A DNA stretch of 63,296 nt, filler included, from Desulfonatronovibrionaceae bacterium (GTDB lineage: Bacteria; Desulfobacterota; Desulfovibrionia; Desulfovibrionales; Desulfonatronovibrionaceae): the NCBI GenBank assembly GCA_046539845.1. It is 3 parts of 3 records of this genome, joined end to end, with 100 filler letters (N's around TTAATTAATTAA, not from the genome) between each part and the next. Parts side by side here need not be neighbours in the genome. Positions count along the whole stretch, not along the records: positions 24,921 to 48,645 come from JBKHGE010000035.1; positions 48,746 to 63,296 come from JBKHGE010000048.1; 1 more part is not named here. One strand, written 5' to 3'. The position numbers were made by a program, and so were the translations under genes. Below the pieces are notes generated by a model. The model was not told the origin of the DNA, ran no database searches, and worked only from the letters and a program-made list of their open reading frames with translations. Each line of letters begins with the position of its first letter. Position 1 is the stretch's first letter. Below, piece after piece: positions 38,317 to 50,363 of this stretch.

Positions 38317-39774
38317 ATGGAAAAGATCATGCAGACTGGGCTTACTTTTGACGATATACTGCTTTTGCCCGCCTATTCCGAGGTGCTGCCGGACAAGGCC
38401 GACCTGCGGACCAGGCTTACCGGAGAGATAGAGTTAAATATTCCCCTTCTAAGTGCGGCCATGGACACCGTGACCGAGTCCCGGATGGCCATTTCCATGG
38501 CTCGGGCCGGCGGTGCCGGGGTCATACACAAGAATATGAGCATTCAGGAACAGCGTCTGGAAGTGGAAAAGGTCAAAAAGTCGGAAAGCGGCATGATAGT
38601 GGACCCGGTTACGGTCCATCCCGGGGACTCGGTGGAGCATGTCCTGGAGATGATGGCCGAATACCGCATCTCCGGACTGCCGGTGGTCGAGGGCGACCGG
38701 CTGCGGGGAATTGTGACCAACCGGGATGTGCGTTTTGTGACCGATATGAAGACCCGTGTTGAGGAGGTCATGACCGGGGAGGGACTGGTCACCGTCCCTG
38801 TGGGGACCACCTTGAGCGAAGCCAAACAGATCCTGCACCAGAACAAGATCGAAAAGCTCCTTGTGGTGGACAAGACAGAGAAGCTGCAGGGGCTTATCAC
38901 TATCAAGGATATTGAGAAGGTCCGTAAATATCCAAACGCATGCAAGGACGATATCGGTCGCTTGCGTGTGGGCGCGGCCGTGGGCGTAGGCGAAGACAGG
39001 GATGCCAGGGTGGAGAATCTTTTGCAGGCCGGGGCGGATTTTATTGTCCTGGATTCCGCGCATGGCCATTCCGGTAACATCATTCGTTCCGTGGAGGCGA
39101 TCAAGTCCGCTGTTCCGGAGTGTCAGCTGGTGGCCGGGAATGTGGCCACTTATGACGGGGCTTCCGCTCTGCTAAAGGCCGGAGCCAACGCAGTCAAGGT
39201 GGGCATCGGACCCGGTTCCATATGTACCACCCGGGTGGTAGCCGGGGTCGGTGTGCCTCAGGTCACGGCCATTATGGAGGTAGTTAAGGCCTGCCGCGAA
39301 GCAGACAGTTTTCTGATCGCGGACGGGGGAATTAAGTTCTCCGGAGATGTGGTCAAGGCGCTTTCTTCAGGAGCGGATTCAGTAATGATGGGCAGCATGT
39401 TGGCCGGAACCGAGGAGAGCCCGGGAGAGACAGTGCTTTATCAGGGTCGCACGTATAAGATCTACCGCGGAATGGGATCCATAGACGCGATGAGAGATGG
39501 CAGTTCGGACCGCTATTTCCAGGAAAAGGCGGGCAAACATGTCCCGGAGGGGATTGTCGGGCGGGTTCCTTTCAAGGGTCCGGTTATGGACACGGTGTAC
39601 CAATTGTTGGGCGGACTGCGTTCCGGCATGGGTTATGTGGGCTGCGCCACCATCCAGGAACTCAAGGACAAGGCCCGGTTCGTCCGGATTTCTCCGGCCG
39701 GATTGCGGGAAAGCCATGTGCATGACGTGATCATAACCAAGGAAGCCCCGAATTATCGGGTGGAAAACTATTAA
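38317..39774 (+). CDS. guaB: IMP dehydrogenase
   Basis: [41 protein letters not shown]. Confidence 0.99.
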   Translation: MEKIMQTGLTFDDILLLPAYSEVLPDKADLRTRLTGEIELNIPLLSAAMDTVTESRMAISMARAGGAGVIHKNMSIQEQRLEVEKVKKSESGMIVDPVTVHPGDSVEHVLEMMAEYRISGLPVVEGDRLRGIVTNRDVRFVTDMKTRVEEVMTGEGLVTVPVGTTLSEAKQILHQNKIEKLLVVDKTEKLQGLITIKDIEKVRKYPNACKDDIGRLRVGAAVGVGEDRDARVENLLQAGADFIVLDSAHGHSGNIIRSVEAIKSAVPECQLVAGNVATYDGASALLKAGANAVKVGIGPGSICTTRVVAGVGVPQVTAIMEVVKACREADSFLIADGGIKFSGDVVKALSSGADSVMMGSMLAGTEESPGETVLYQGRTYKIYRGMGSIDAMRDGSSDRYFQEKAGKHVPEGIVGRVPFKGPVMDTVYQLLGGLRSGMGYVGCATIQELKDKARFVRISPAGLRESHVHDVIITKEAPNYRVENY

Positions 39775-39793
39775 TCCAGAGAGCGGGGTCGGG

Positions 39794-41341
39794 ATGAGCA
39801 CGGAAAACAGGGTCGTTGTCCTGGATTTTGGATCGCAATATACGCAGCTGATAGCCAGGCGGGTCCGTGAATCCGGGGTATATTCGGAGATACACCCGTG
39901 CAATGCGGATTTAAAGGCAATAAAGGACCTCTCCCCTGGGGCGATTATTCTGTCTGGAGGACCTGCCAGCGTGTGCTCCCCTGACTCCCCTGATATCGAC
40001 CCCGGTATCTTTGAGTGGGGGATCCCTATCTTGGGTATCTGCTACGGGATGCAGCTGACAGCCAAAGTCATGGGCGCGGAGGTGCATCCGGCCAGAAACA
40101 GGGAGTATGGGCGCTCCGAGATGAAGGTTACCGCCGAGAGCCCGTTGTGGAAGGGACTGGATAAGGAGGCGGGTCTGACCGTGTGGATGTCACACGGGGA
40201 CACGGTGGACTCCCCGCCTCCAGGTTTTGCCGTTTTAGCGGCCACTGCGGACATTGATATCGCGGCCATGGGCGATGCCCAGAGAGATATTTATACCCTG
40301 CAATTCCACCCCGAGGTGGCGCACACCGAACAGGGCCGCAAGATACTGGATAATTTTCTGTTCGAGGTGGCCAATCTGGAGCCGACCTGGTCCATGGCCT
40401 CATATGTGGACACAGTGGTGAAAGAACTCCGGGCCAAAATCGGGGAAGACCACGTGGTTTGCGCCTTGAGCGGAGGCATAGACTCCACAGTGACCGCGGC
40501 CCTTTTGCATCGGGCCATCGGCCGGAGGCTGCATTGCATTTTCGTGGACAATGGAGTCTTGCGGCAGGGAGAGGCCGAGGAAGTGGTCGAATACCTGCGG
40601 CGGCATTTTGATTTGAACTTGAAATACGTCCAGGCCCAGGACGAATTCCTGAATCGGCTACATGGGATAAAAGACCCGGAAGAAAAGCGCAAGGTGATCG
40701 GGCACGGCTTTATCGAGATTTTCGAGAAAGAGGCCCTGGCCATTGAGGGTGTAAAATGGCTGGCCCAAGGCACTCTTTATCCGGACGTGATCGAGAGTGT
40801 CTCTTTCAAAGGACCGTCCGCAGTTATCAAGAGCCACCATAATGTCGGCGGTTTGCCGGAGAAGATGCAGCTTGATTTGGTTGAGCCTCTGCGGGAATTG
40901 TTTAAGGACGAGGTGCGCAGGGTGGCTGTGGAACTGGGGATGCCGGACTTTATAGTCTGGCGCCATCCTTTTCCCGGTCCGGGGCTGGCTATTCGGATTG
41001 TTGGAGAGATTACCCCGGAAAGACTGGATATTTTGCGTCTATCGGATCGGATAGTCCAGGACGAGATGCACGCTTCGGGGTGGTATTACAAGGTGTGGCA
41101 GGCCTTTGCTGTCCTTTTGCCCTTAAAGACCGTGGGAGTGATGGGGGATGAACGTACTTACGAGAGCGTGATCGCCTTGCGGGTTGTGGACAGCGTGGAC
41201 GCCATGACCGCGGACTGGACCCGGCTGCCGCCGGAGCTGCTGGCCCGTATCTCGAACCGGATAATAAATGAGGTCCGGGGAGTGAACCGGGTGGTGTATG
41301 ATATTTCCTCCAAGCCGCCGGGCACGATCGAGTGGGAGTAG
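39794..41341 (+). CDS. guaA: GMP synthase (glutamine-hydrolysing)
   Basis: [51 protein letters not shown]. Confidence 0.99.
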   Translation: MSTENRVVVLDFGSQYTQLIARRVRESGVYSEIHPCNADLKAIKDLSPGAIILSGGPASVCSPDSPDIDPGIFEWGIPILGICYGMQLTAKVMGAEVHPARNREYGRSEMKVTAESPLWKGLDKEAGLTVWMSHGDTVDSPPPGFAVLAATADIDIAAMGDAQRDIYTLQFHPEVAHTEQGRKILDNFLFEVANLEPTWSMASYVDTVVKELRAKIGEDHVVCALSGGIDSTVTAALLHRAIGRRLHCIFVDNGVLRQGEAEEVVEYLRRHFDLNLKYVQAQDEFLNRLHGIKDPEEKRKVIGHGFIEIFEKEALAIEGVKWLAQGTLYPDVIESVSFKGPSAVIKSHHNVGGLPEKMQLDLVEPLRELFKDEVRRVAVELGMPDFIVWRHPFPGPGLAIRIVGEITPERLDILRLSDRIVQDEMHASGWYYKVWQAFAVLLPLKTVGVMGDERTYESVIALRVVDSVDAMTADWTRLPPELLARISNRIINEVRGVNRVVYDISSKPPGTIEWE

Positions 41342-41464
41342 CCCCGGCCGGCGGCGCAATAGGCGGCCACGGATTTTCAGAGACATAAGCAAGCTGTCCG
41401 GTAGCCGGTGAACATTCCGGGATAGCGATCAAAACTGCTCGGAGCAGGGAGGCACGGGATATAG

Positions 41465-41776
41465 ATGTTTGGCATAGGCAGTACAGAACTCATAGTTATT
41501 CTGGTTGTGGCCCTGATCGTTATTGGTCCGGCCAAGCTTCCGGAGGTGGCCAAGACCCTAGGCAAGGCCATGGGAGAATTCAAACGGGTCAGCAACGACG
41601 TGCGGCATACGATTGAGACGGAAATGGATCATGAGGAGGAAAAAAAGGAGACCGCAAAGCTGAAGCAAGACTTGGCTGCAGAGGAAGACAAAAAGGAGTC
41701 CTCGCCGGGCGGCGAGGCAGAAACCGGCTCCGTGGATGGACAAACAAACGGTAAAGGAAACGGTCACAATGTCTGA
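41465..41776 (+). CDS. tatB: Twin-arginine translocase subunit TatB (TatA/B family)
   Basis: MFGIGSTELIVILVVALIVIGPAKLPEVAKTLGK. Confidence 0.85.
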   Translation: MFGIGSTELIVILVVALIVIGPAKLPEVAKTLGKAMGEFKRVSNDVRHTIETEMDHEEEKKETAKLKQDLAAEEDKKESSPGGEAETGSVDGQTNGKGNGHNV

Positions 41777-42620
41777 GCCGGAGACAGGCGAACAGCAGGA
41801 AACAGCCGCTCTGCCCGGGGAGGAGCTGAAGGGGCAGACCTTTACCGAGCACCTCCAGGACTTGCGCCGCAGTCTGGTCAAATCGGTTATCGCCGTGGTC
41901 ATAGGCTTTGCCGCCTGCTATGCCTTTTCCGAGCAGCTCTTTAGGATGCTCATGGACCCCCTGGTCCGAACGCTACCCGAGGAGAGCACCCTTATCTTTA
42001 CTTCTTTGCCGGAGGCGTTTTTCACCTACCTGAAAGTCTCCCTGGTGGCCGGCATTTTTTTGGCCAGCCCGTATATATTCTATCAGATTTGGAGTTTTGT
42101 CTCTCCGGGGCTGTACAGCTCGGAGAAGAAATATCTCTTTCCCATTGCCCTGCTTTCCGCAGTCTTTTTTGTGACCGGGGCCCTTTTTGGTTATTTTGTG
42201 GTCTTCCCCTTCGGCTTTGATTTCTTTATGGGCTTTACCACTGAGCTGATCCGCCCCTTTCCCACTTTGAAAGAGTATTTGAGTTTTTCCATAAAGCTCC
42301 TTTTCGCCTTCGGGCTAATTTTTGAGTTACCTTTATTTATATTTTTTCTGGCCCGGATGGGGCTGGTCACCTCGTCCGGACTCAAGAAAAAAAGGAAATA
42401 CGCTATTACCATAGCCTTTATCGTCTCTGCGGTCCTTACCCCTCCGGATATGGTGACTCAGGCCTTTATGGCCGGTCCGGTGATCCTCCTCTATGAACTC
42501 GGGGTGTGGGTGGCCAAAATTTTCGGCAGAAGAGAGAAACCCGCATCTGAAAATCCGGATGATGACCAAAATTCAGCCCGGGGAAAAAAGGGTGAAGAAG
42601 ATGAGAAAAGCGCAGATTGA
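41769..42620 (+). CDS. tatC: Twin-arginine translocase subunit TatC
   Basis: EHLQDLRR, YQIWSFVSPGLY, FELP, LTPPD, LYE. Confidence 0.96.
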   Translation: MSEPETGEQQETAALPGEELKGQTFTEHLQDLRRSLVKSVIAVVIGFAACYAFSEQLFRMLMDPLVRTLPEESTLIFTSLPEAFFTYLKVSLVAGIFLASPYIFYQIWSFVSPGLYSSEKKYLFPIALLSAVFFVTGALFGYFVVFPFGFDFFMGFTTELIRPFPTLKEYLSFSIKLLFAFGLIFELPLFIFFLARMGLVTSSGLKKKRKYAITIAFIVSAVLTPPDMVTQAFMAGPVILLYELGVWVAKIFGRREKPASENPDDDQNSARGKKGEEDEKSAD

Positions 42621-43185
42621 GCGCAAGACGAATGAGACAGACGTCTGGGTGTACCTGGAGCTGGACGGCCAGAGCGGGATTGATGTCCGCACCGGATTCG
42701 GGTTTGCCGATCATATGCTCGAACTCCTGGCCCATTGGGGCGGCTTTGGTTTAGAGATCAGGTGTACCGGGGATATGCAGGTAGATGCGCATCACAGTCT
42801 GGAGGATATCGGGCTGTGTCTGGGTCGGGCCTTGCGCGAGGCCCTGGGGGACAAAAAAGGCATTGCCAGGACTGGTCGTGCAGCCGTGCCCATGGATGAG
42901 GCCTTGTCCGAGGTATGCGTGGATATATCCGGTCGGCCGTATCTGGTGTTCAACGGAGTCGAACTTTTGCCCTCGCTTGTGGCCGGAGAGGAGAGGCACC
43001 TGTGGCCGGAATTTTTCAAGGCCTTTGTCTCCACTGCCAAGATAAACCTGCACATCAATATATATTACGGCCAAAACGGCCATCACATGCTGGAATCTGT
43101 CTTCAAAGGCTGCGGACAGGCGCTCATTTCGGCCTGCAGACTGTTCGGCACACAGGTATTGAGTACCAAAGGGAGTCTAGATTAG
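42601..43185 (+). CDS. hisB: Imidazoleglycerol-phosphate dehydratase
   Basis: RKTNETDV, DHMLE, VDAHHSLEDIG, PMDEAL, NGHHMLESVFK, STKGSL. Confidence 0.97.
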   Translation: MRKAQIERKTNETDVWVYLELDGQSGIDVRTGFGFADHMLELLAHWGGFGLEIRCTGDMQVDAHHSLEDIGLCLGRALREALGDKKGIARTGRAAVPMDEALSEVCVDISGRPYLVFNGVELLPSLVAGEERHLWPEFFKAFVSTAKINLHINIYYGQNGHHMLESVFKGCGQALISACRLFGTQVLSTKGSLD

Positions 43186-43187
43186 TC

Positions 43188-43826
43188 ATGCGCAGAAATG
43201 TGTGTTTTTTTATTGCGGTTTTTTCTTTTATTTCTTTAACCGCCTGCACCCTTGGCAGATCCCCGGACATAGTCCCGGAAGAGTCCAGCCTGGCTGTGGC
43301 CGGCTTTATCCAGCCTAGGCATAGCTGGCAGCTTTTGGCCGGGTATATCGGTGAAAACAGGGCGGTAGTGGCCCCGGAGGCCCTGGCTAGTCTGGACGCC
43401 TCCCTGGCGGATGCGCTCAAGGATTCCGGGCACAAAGGATATATCCGGCCTCCCCTGGTGGACCAGTGCCGGGAGCTTATTCTCCGGGATACCAGCCGTT
43501 CCCGGGTCTCGGCACTCAAGTACTGGCTGCGGGTGGGCAAATGCATACCCACGGATTACCTCCTAGTCCCTTATGTGTTCGAGATGCGGGAGATGCTGGG
43601 CAATGAATGGGGCGTCCAGGCCCCGGCCACAGTTGTTCTGGATCTTTATCTCATAGATATCAAAAACGAGCGCATGCACAGATATCATTTTGAGGAGACC
43701 CAGCATTCCTTCAGTGAAAACATGCTCGAGGCCAAGAAATTTTTCCGCCGGGGGGGGAAATGGCTTACCGCTCAGCAGCTTGCCGCAGATGGAATCAAAC
43801 AGGGAGTACAGGAGCTCGGCCTATGA
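43188..43826 (+). CDS. Putative lipoprotein
   Basis: Signal peptide with lipobox LTAC; stop overlaps the hisA start. Confidence 0.75.
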   Translation: MRRNVCFFIAVFSFISLTACTLGRSPDIVPEESSLAVAGFIQPRHSWQLLAGYIGENRAVVAPEALASLDASLADALKDSGHKGYIRPPLVDQCRELILRDTSRSRVSALKYWLRVGKCIPTDYLLVPYVFEMREMLGNEWGVQAPATVVLDLYLIDIKNERMHRYHFEETQHSFSENMLEAKKFFRRGGKWLTAQQLAADGIKQGVQELGL

Positions 43827-44557
43827 TCCTTTTTCCGGCAGTGGATATCAAGGATAGGCAGTGTGTGCGGCTGCGGCAGGGGGAAAAGGATCAGGTTACC
43901 GTGTTTGGTGCGGATCCGGTGCGCATGGCCGGGCACTGGGCAAGTAAAGGGGCCAGATGGCTGCATATTGTCGATCTGGACGGGGCCTTTTCCGGAGAGC
44001 CGCGCAACCGGGATCTGATTTCCAAGATCTGTTCCCAGGTAAACATCCCGGTCCAGCTCGGAGGTGGAATCCGGGATATGGACACAGCTTTTGCCTATCT
44101 GGAGGCCGGAGTTCAGCGGCTCATCATCGGGACCATGGCTCTGGAGAAAAAAAATGATTTCGCTGCGCTCTGTTCTCGCTTTCCGGCCCGCATAGGGGTG
44201 TCTTTGGACGCCAGGGACGGTTTTTTGCAGACCAAGGGCTGGGGGGACAATAGCGGGCAGTGCGTGGAGGATGTTTTACCCGGCCTGGAAGAGGCGGGCA
44301 GCGCTTTTTTTGTGTATACAGATATAAACAGGGATGGGATGCATTCCGGGATCAACGTCCAGGCCCTGAGCAGGCTTTTGGATATGACCGCCAAACCAGT
44401 TATTGCGGCTGGCGGCGTGTCCACACTTGAGGATATAAAGCAGGTCCTGCCCCTGGCGGGAAAAGGTCTGGAAGGGGTGATTACCGGGAAGGCGATATAC
44501 GATAAGACCCTTGACTTTTCCGTGGCCCTGGCCTGGCTGGAGAGCGCGGGGGAGTGA
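43823..44557 (+). CDS. hisA: ProFAR isomerase HisA
   Basis: [50 protein letters not shown]. Confidence 0.97.
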   Translation: MILFPAVDIKDRQCVRLRQGEKDQVTVFGADPVRMAGHWASKGARWLHIVDLDGAFSGEPRNRDLISKICSQVNIPVQLGGGIRDMDTAFAYLEAGVQRLIIGTMALEKKNDFAALCSRFPARIGVSLDARDGFLQTKGWGDNSGQCVEDVLPGLEEAGSAFFVYTDINRDGMHSGINVQALSRLLDMTAKPVIAAGGVSTLEDIKQVLPLAGKGLEGVITGKAIYDKTLDFSVALAWLESAGE

Positions 44558-44567
44558 GCCGGTATCC

Positions 44568-44597
44568 TTGACAGAAGATCAATATTTTGAATATAAT
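44568..44597 (+). promoter_or_regulatory. Sigma70 promoter for the PxxKW gene
   Basis: Consensus hexamers TTGACA-N18-TATAAT. Confidence 0.75.
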
Positions 44598-44649
44598 TTT
44601 TCGTTTATCGGAATGCTACAAGCAGGATCAGTTATAAGGAGAAGGTATT

Positions 44650-44934
44650 ATGAAGTGCAATAATGTTCGAGAGGGCGTGGAATGCTTTTTCATGGGTGAT
44701 AACGGCTGTACCTATCTCGGGGGCAGATGTTATCCAATCGTGGAGAACTGCGAGGGGTGCGAGAGGATTAAGGAATTCAACGGTGAAAAGTACTGCACCA
44801 GCTTCCCGGAGCCAGAGGCCAAATGGGCCAACGGCGCCTGCAATTTTGCCACGCATGTCAAGGCCAGTTACGATCACGGCGAAGTCAAGATCAACCCGCT
44901 CAAGGCCTCCAAACGCGCGGCCCGAAGACGCTAG
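44650..44934 (+). CDS. PxxKW family cysteine-rich protein
   Basis: Multiple Cys, PEAKW, CNFATH, KINPLKASKR; AAGGAG RBS. Confidence 0.88.
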   Translation: MKCNNVREGVECFFMGDNGCTYLGGRCYPIVENCEGCERIKEFNGEKYCTSFPEPEAKWANGACNFATHVKASYDHGEVKINPLKASKRAARRR

Positions 44935-44939
44935 AGTAG

Positions 44940-44965
44940 ACCGGCAGGCAACTGCCGGTTTTTTT
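44940..44965 (+). terminator. Intrinsic terminator
   Basis: ACCGGCAG-GCAA-CTGCCGGT followed by T6. Confidence 0.85.
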
Positions 44966-45213
44966 AAGTCCTTTGACCAACGGGTTGGATTTTAACTAAC
45001 CTACTAGGCTTGTCTTTTGGATATCAAACTTTTGGCCCGCTGTTTTCTATTTATTTTTGTGGGGCAGGAGAATATGCAACTCTGGGATTAAAAGTATCCA
45101 AAAATAGCAGGCGAAAAATTTGTTTTAAGCGCTGAGCATCCTTTTGTTTATTGCCGCTTTGCTGTTATTGGGAGTTTAAGGCTGGCCTGGAAGAGCGATT
45201 CGTGGAGTTTTTT

Positions 45214-46434
45214 ATGTCAGATGCGCATGGTTTTTTGTTGGGGCAGAGGAATTATGTCCTGCAAGTCCAGAAAAGCCTGGTTTCCCGGCCAGCGCTGGGA
45301 CCGGACAACGGCGGTGACGGGGAAATGGACAAGGCCGAGTATGTACTTTCCTGCCTGGAGGATATCGGCATGGACCGGATCCTTCGTCTGGACGCGCCCG
45401 ATTCCCGTGTAACCGCCGGAAAACGGCCCAATCTGGCCGCGTTTATTCAGGGCCGGGATACCGGGCGGACCATGTGGATCATCTCCCATCTTGATGTTGT
45501 CCCGGCCGGGGATGTGGATACCTGGGAGAGCGATCCGTTTACCCTGCGCGTAGATGGGGATTTGATATACGGCCGCGGGGTAGAGGACAATCACCAGGCC
45601 GTGGTCTCCTCGCTTTTGTGCGCCAAGGCTGTGCGTAGCCTTGGCCTTCGCCCGGAGATGAACCTGGGCCTTTTGTTCGTGGCTGACGAAGAAACTGGCA
45701 ATGACTACGGGTTGAAATATGTCCTGGATAAGCACGGGGATATTTTCGGAGAAAATGATTTGTTTTTGGTGCCGGACTTTGGTCGTCCGGATTCCGGGAT
45801 GCTGGAGATAGCGGAGAAAAGCATGCTCTGGATGCAGGTCCGGGTAAACGGGGTGCAGACCCATGCCTCCAGACCGGATCAGGGCCGGAATTCCCTGGTG
45901 GCTGCAGCGGATATGATCACCCGGACAGGATCATTGGAAGATATTTTTTCAGACACGGATGCCTTGTTTTCCCCGCCTCGGTCCACTTTCAATCCGACCA
46001 AGATGGAGGCCAACGTCCCGAATATAAATACTATTCCCGGGCTGGACGTCTTTTATATAGACTGCCGCATTTTACCCCGTTATGACCTTCGGCAGGTGGT
46101 TGCCGAGATAGAGGGATTAGCCTCCCGGGTGGCTGAGGATCACGGAGTGGAGATAGGCTGCAAGCCGGTGCATTTTGAGCAGGCTGCTCCGGCCACGGAC
46201 AGCAGAAGCAATGTGGTCGAAAAGATGCGCCGGGCGGTGCGCGCGGTGTATAGTGTCGAGCCGGAGGTGCAGGGTGTGGGTGGCGGGACCGTGGCGCTCT
46301 ACCTACGCAAGCAAGGTTACCCGGCGGTGGTCTGGTCCACGCTCATGAACCAGGCCCACCAGGCCAATGAATGTTCTTCTGTTTCCAATACCATAAATGA
46401 TGCCCGGGTCTTTATTGAGACCTTGACCGGCTGA
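45214..46434 (+). CDS. M20 family metallohydrolase (DapE/ArgE-like)
   Basis: [38 protein letters not shown]. Confidence 0.9.
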   Translation: MSDAHGFLLGQRNYVLQVQKSLVSRPALGPDNGGDGEMDKAEYVLSCLEDIGMDRILRLDAPDSRVTAGKRPNLAAFIQGRDTGRTMWIISHLDVVPAGDVDTWESDPFTLRVDGDLIYGRGVEDNHQAVVSSLLCAKAVRSLGLRPEMNLGLLFVADEETGNDYGLKYVLDKHGDIFGENDLFLVPDFGRPDSGMLEIAEKSMLWMQVRVNGVQTHASRPDQGRNSLVAAADMITRTGSLEDIFSDTDALFSPPRSTFNPTKMEANVPNINTIPGLDVFYIDCRILPRYDLRQVVAEIEGLASRVAEDHGVEIGCKPVHFEQAAPATDSRSNVVEKMRRAVRAVYSVEPEVQGVGGGTVALYLRKQGYPAVVWSTLMNQAHQANECSSVSNTINDARVFIETLTG

Positions 46435-46456
46435 TCTAGACTGCGGCCCTAATCCT

Positions 46457-48343
46457 GTGAGCGGAGTGATTCCTTTTCCCGATAGATTCGATGTCTTGGT
46501 GGTCGGCGCAGGCCATGCCGGGTGCGAGGCAGCCATGGCCTGCGCCCGCCTGCAACTGAAGACTCTTCTCTTGACCATTAACGTGGATCGGTTGGGGCAT
46601 CTGTCCTGCAATCCAGCCATAGGCGGGCTGGCCAAGGGACATATGGTCCGGGAAATAGACGCTCTCGGCGGGTGCATGGGCTTGTGGGCGGACAGATCCG
46701 GAATCCAGTTCAGGACCCTGAATACGCGCAAAGGCCCGGCGGTGCGCTCCACCCGGGCCCAGATCGACCGCGACAGATATATGCACGTGGTGCGCGAGGA
46801 TATTTTCAGCCAAGAAAATCTCTGGGTGCGCGAGGCCATGGTGGATGAGGTCCTGTTTAGCGAGGGCCGGGTGTGCGGGGTGAAGACCAGCCTGGAGGAA
46901 TGTTTTGAGGCCGGTTTTGTCTTGCTCACCACCGGGACATTCATGCGCGGCCTGGTCCATGTGGGACTTAAGAATTATCAGGCCGGCAGATTCGGGGATC
47001 CGGCCAGCATGGGGCTTTCCCCTTCCCTGGAGAGTCTGGGGTTAAGCCTGGGCCGGCTCAAGACCGGCACAGTGCCCAGGCTGCACAAGGGTTCCGTGGA
47101 TTATTCCCGTATGCAGGAGCAGCCCGGGGACGAACCCCGCCCGGGTTTTAGCTTTCATCCCGCTTGTGAGCCCGGCCTGCCCCAGGTTCCGTGTTATATT
47201 ACCCATACCAATTCCCGCACCCATGAGGCCATAAAACAGGGTTTTGACCGTTCCCCTCTTTTTCAGGGCGTTATTCAGGGCGTGGGCGCCAGGTATTGTC
47301 CTTCGATTGAGGACAAGGTGGCCAGGTTCCCGGAAAAGGACAGGCATCAGATATTTGTCGAACCCGAGGGTCTGGACATCCCCGAGGTCTATCCAAACGG
47401 TATCCCCACCAGCCTTCCTTTGGATATCCAGAAAAAGATGCTGGCCACCATTCCCGGCCTGGAAAACGCCTGGATCGTTCGCCCCGGGTACGCCATTGAG
47501 TATGATTACGCCTATCCCACCCAGTTGAAGCCCACCCTGGAGACAAAGACGGTCCCTGGCCTGTATCTGGCCGGGCAGATAAACGGCACCTCCGGTTATG
47601 AAGAGGCCGCGGCCCAGGGCATGTGGGCGGCCCTGAATATTTATTGCCGCCTAAAAGGCATTTTGCCTTTTATATTGGACCGCAGTCAGGCGTATATGGC
47701 CGTATTGGTTGATGACCTGGTCACCAAGGGCACCCTGGAGCCGTACCGCATGTTTACTTCCCGGGCGGAACACCGTCTCCTTTTACGCGAGGACAATGCG
47801 GACCAAAGGCTTACTCCCATAGGCCGGGAGCTCGGTCTGGTCGGAGGCGAGCAATGGGATGTTTATACCCGGAAGGTCCGGCGATTAGGCCAGGTCATGC
47901 ACGGACTTAAAAGCACGGTCCTCAGGCCGGATGCCGCAATCCGGGACAAGCTGCGGGAGATCGGGGCGGCTGTTCCCAAGAAGGGCTTTTCCCTGGCCCA
48001 GCTTTTGCGCCAGCCGGATTTGGAGATAGAGGACCTTTTTTACTTCTGGCCGGAATTAAGTGCTTTTGATCCGGAGGTGCTGGGGCAGGCCAGAATACAG
48101 ATCAAATATGAAGGTTACCTTTCCCGTCAGGAAGAGCTCGCCGCAAGATCCAAGAAGGAAGAGGGCATAAAAATCCCCGCGGAGATAAACTTTGCCGATA
48201 TCCCCGGTCTGTCCCGGGAAATCGTGGAAAAATTGGAAAATATCCGCCCCGCTTCCCTGGGCCAGGCTGGGCGCATTTCCGGGGTGACTCCGGCCGCGCT
48301 TGCGAATATTCAGATATACCTGAAGAAAAACGGCTGGATTTGA
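46457..48343 (+). CDS. mnmG: tRNA uridine-5-carboxymethylaminomethyl(34) synthesis enzyme MnmG
   Basis: [56 protein letters not shown]. Confidence 0.99.
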   Translation: MSGVIPFPDRFDVLVVGAGHAGCEAAMACARLQLKTLLLTINVDRLGHLSCNPAIGGLAKGHMVREIDALGGCMGLWADRSGIQFRTLNTRKGPAVRSTRAQIDRDRYMHVVREDIFSQENLWVREAMVDEVLFSEGRVCGVKTSLEECFEAGFVLLTTGTFMRGLVHVGLKNYQAGRFGDPASMGLSPSLESLGLSLGRLKTGTVPRLHKGSVDYSRMQEQPGDEPRPGFSFHPACEPGLPQVPCYITHTNSRTHEAIKQGFDRSPLFQGVIQGVGARYCPSIEDKVARFPEKDRHQIFVEPEGLDIPEVYPNGIPTSLPLDIQKKMLATIPGLENAWIVRPGYAIEYDYAYPTQLKPTLETKTVPGLYLAGQINGTSGYEEAAAQGMWAALNIYCRLKGILPFILDRSQAYMAVLVDDLVTKGTLEPYRMFTSRAEHRLLLREDNADQRLTPIGRELGLVGGEQWDVYTRKVRRLGQVMHGLKSTVLRPDAAIRDKLREIGAAVPKKGFSLAQLLRQPDLEIEDLFYFWPELSAFDPEVLGQARIQIKYEGYLSRQEELAARSKKEEGIKIPAEINFADIPGLSREIVEKLENIRPASLGQAGRISGVTPAALANIQIYLKKNGWI

Positions 48344-48359
48344 TGCATGGCCGGTGTTG

Positions 48360-48391
48360 ATACGACTGCAAAAATTATTTTGCAGTCGTAT
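48360..48391. repeat. Perfect 14-bp inverted repeat after mnmG
   Basis: ATACGACTGCAAAA-atta-TTTTGCAGTCGTAT. Confidence 0.8.
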
Positions 48392-48483
48392 GTAGACAGA
48401 GTACAGTAAACAGATGACAGAGAAATCAAAGGATTGAGAAACAAAAAAGTTGGCAAAAATCTATTTTTCTGTCCAAGAACCCT

Positions 48484-48645
48484 TGTACCGGTCAACAGTT
48501 ATTTGGACACCAGTGACCACTAATTCAGGCTGCCTCGTTAGATGAGGCCAGCCATCGTTCTCTGACTTGACTGGGCGTTTTATAGTTGTGTCCGGTAAGT
48601 TTCAAGGAAGTTGTCGCTTCTAGGCTGCTTTTTCCTCGACCTTAG
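48484..48645 (-). mobile_element. IS remnant(s): IS3-family-like right end with transposase C-terminus, possibly abutting a second IS end
   Basis: Terminus TGTACCGGTCAACAGTTATTTGGACACC; minus-strand NYKTPSQVRERWLASSNEAA* (48525-48587); lies at the contig end. Confidence 0.6.
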
Positions 48646-48745
48646 NNNNNNNNNNNNNNNNNNNNNNNNNNNNNNNNNNNNNNNNNNNNTTAATTAATTA
48701 ANNNNNNNNNNNNNNNNNNNNNNNNNNNNNNNNNNNNNNNNNNNN
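48646..48745. other. Artificial scaffold/contig linker
   Basis: N44-TTAATTAATTAA-N44. Confidence 0.97.
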
Positions 48746-48818
48746 GTAGGCGCGAGGAGATTTGAACTCCTGACCCCTTGCGCGTCAAGCAAGTGCTCTC
48801 CCCCTGAGCTACGCGCCT
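48746..48818 (-). tRNA. tRNA-Val(GAC), 3' CCA cut by the contig end
   Basis: AGGCGCGTAGCTCAGGGGGAGAGCACTTGC-TTGACGC-GCAAGGGGTCAGGAGTTCAAATCTCCTCGCGCCTAC folds as a cloverleaf with anticodon GAC. Confidence 0.96.
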
Positions 48819-48936
48819 ACATAACTCACGAAGCCGCATATCTAGTTCCTGGGAAATCCATTGTCAAGGATTTTGTTCCATATAAGCATCTGCCTGTTAA
48901 GAACAAACAGCTGCCGGAAACAGTTAACATACGAGT

Positions 48937-48988
48937 CCTCGACGTTGGATGTGGATTTCATCCGCCTGATCCTTTCTGATGCTTTTAA
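48937..48988. repeat. 52-bp dispersed non-coding repeat, copy 2
   Basis: 50/52 identical to the reverse complement of 52-103. Confidence 0.85.
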
Positions 48989-49139
48989 AGGATATTTTTC
49001 GCTTTTAAGAATCTGATACACAACCAGCCGGAAAAACTTATTTTATATCTACACTTGCAAAAACCGGATTTTAGTAGCAGTAAATAATGGTTTTCAGGTT
49101 AAACCTATTTTTAATAGCCAAATTAAGGAGGTCATTTTA

Positions 49140-50264
<1,125 letters not shown>

Positions 50265-50306
50265 TTTTCGGTCTTAAAACGCCGTGATCGCGACTTATTA
50301 TAATGG

Positions 50307-50350
50307 AAAAGCCCGGCACTCAAATCCAGGATTTGAGTGCCGGGCTTTTT
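50307..50350. terminator. Bidirectional terminator between convergent ald and the TBDR gene
   Basis: AAAAGCCCGGCACTCAAATCC-A-GGATTTGAGTGCCGGGCTTTT(T): 21-bp arms with A and T tracts. Confidence 0.88.
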
Positions 50351-50363
50351 ACCGTTCTTCCCC

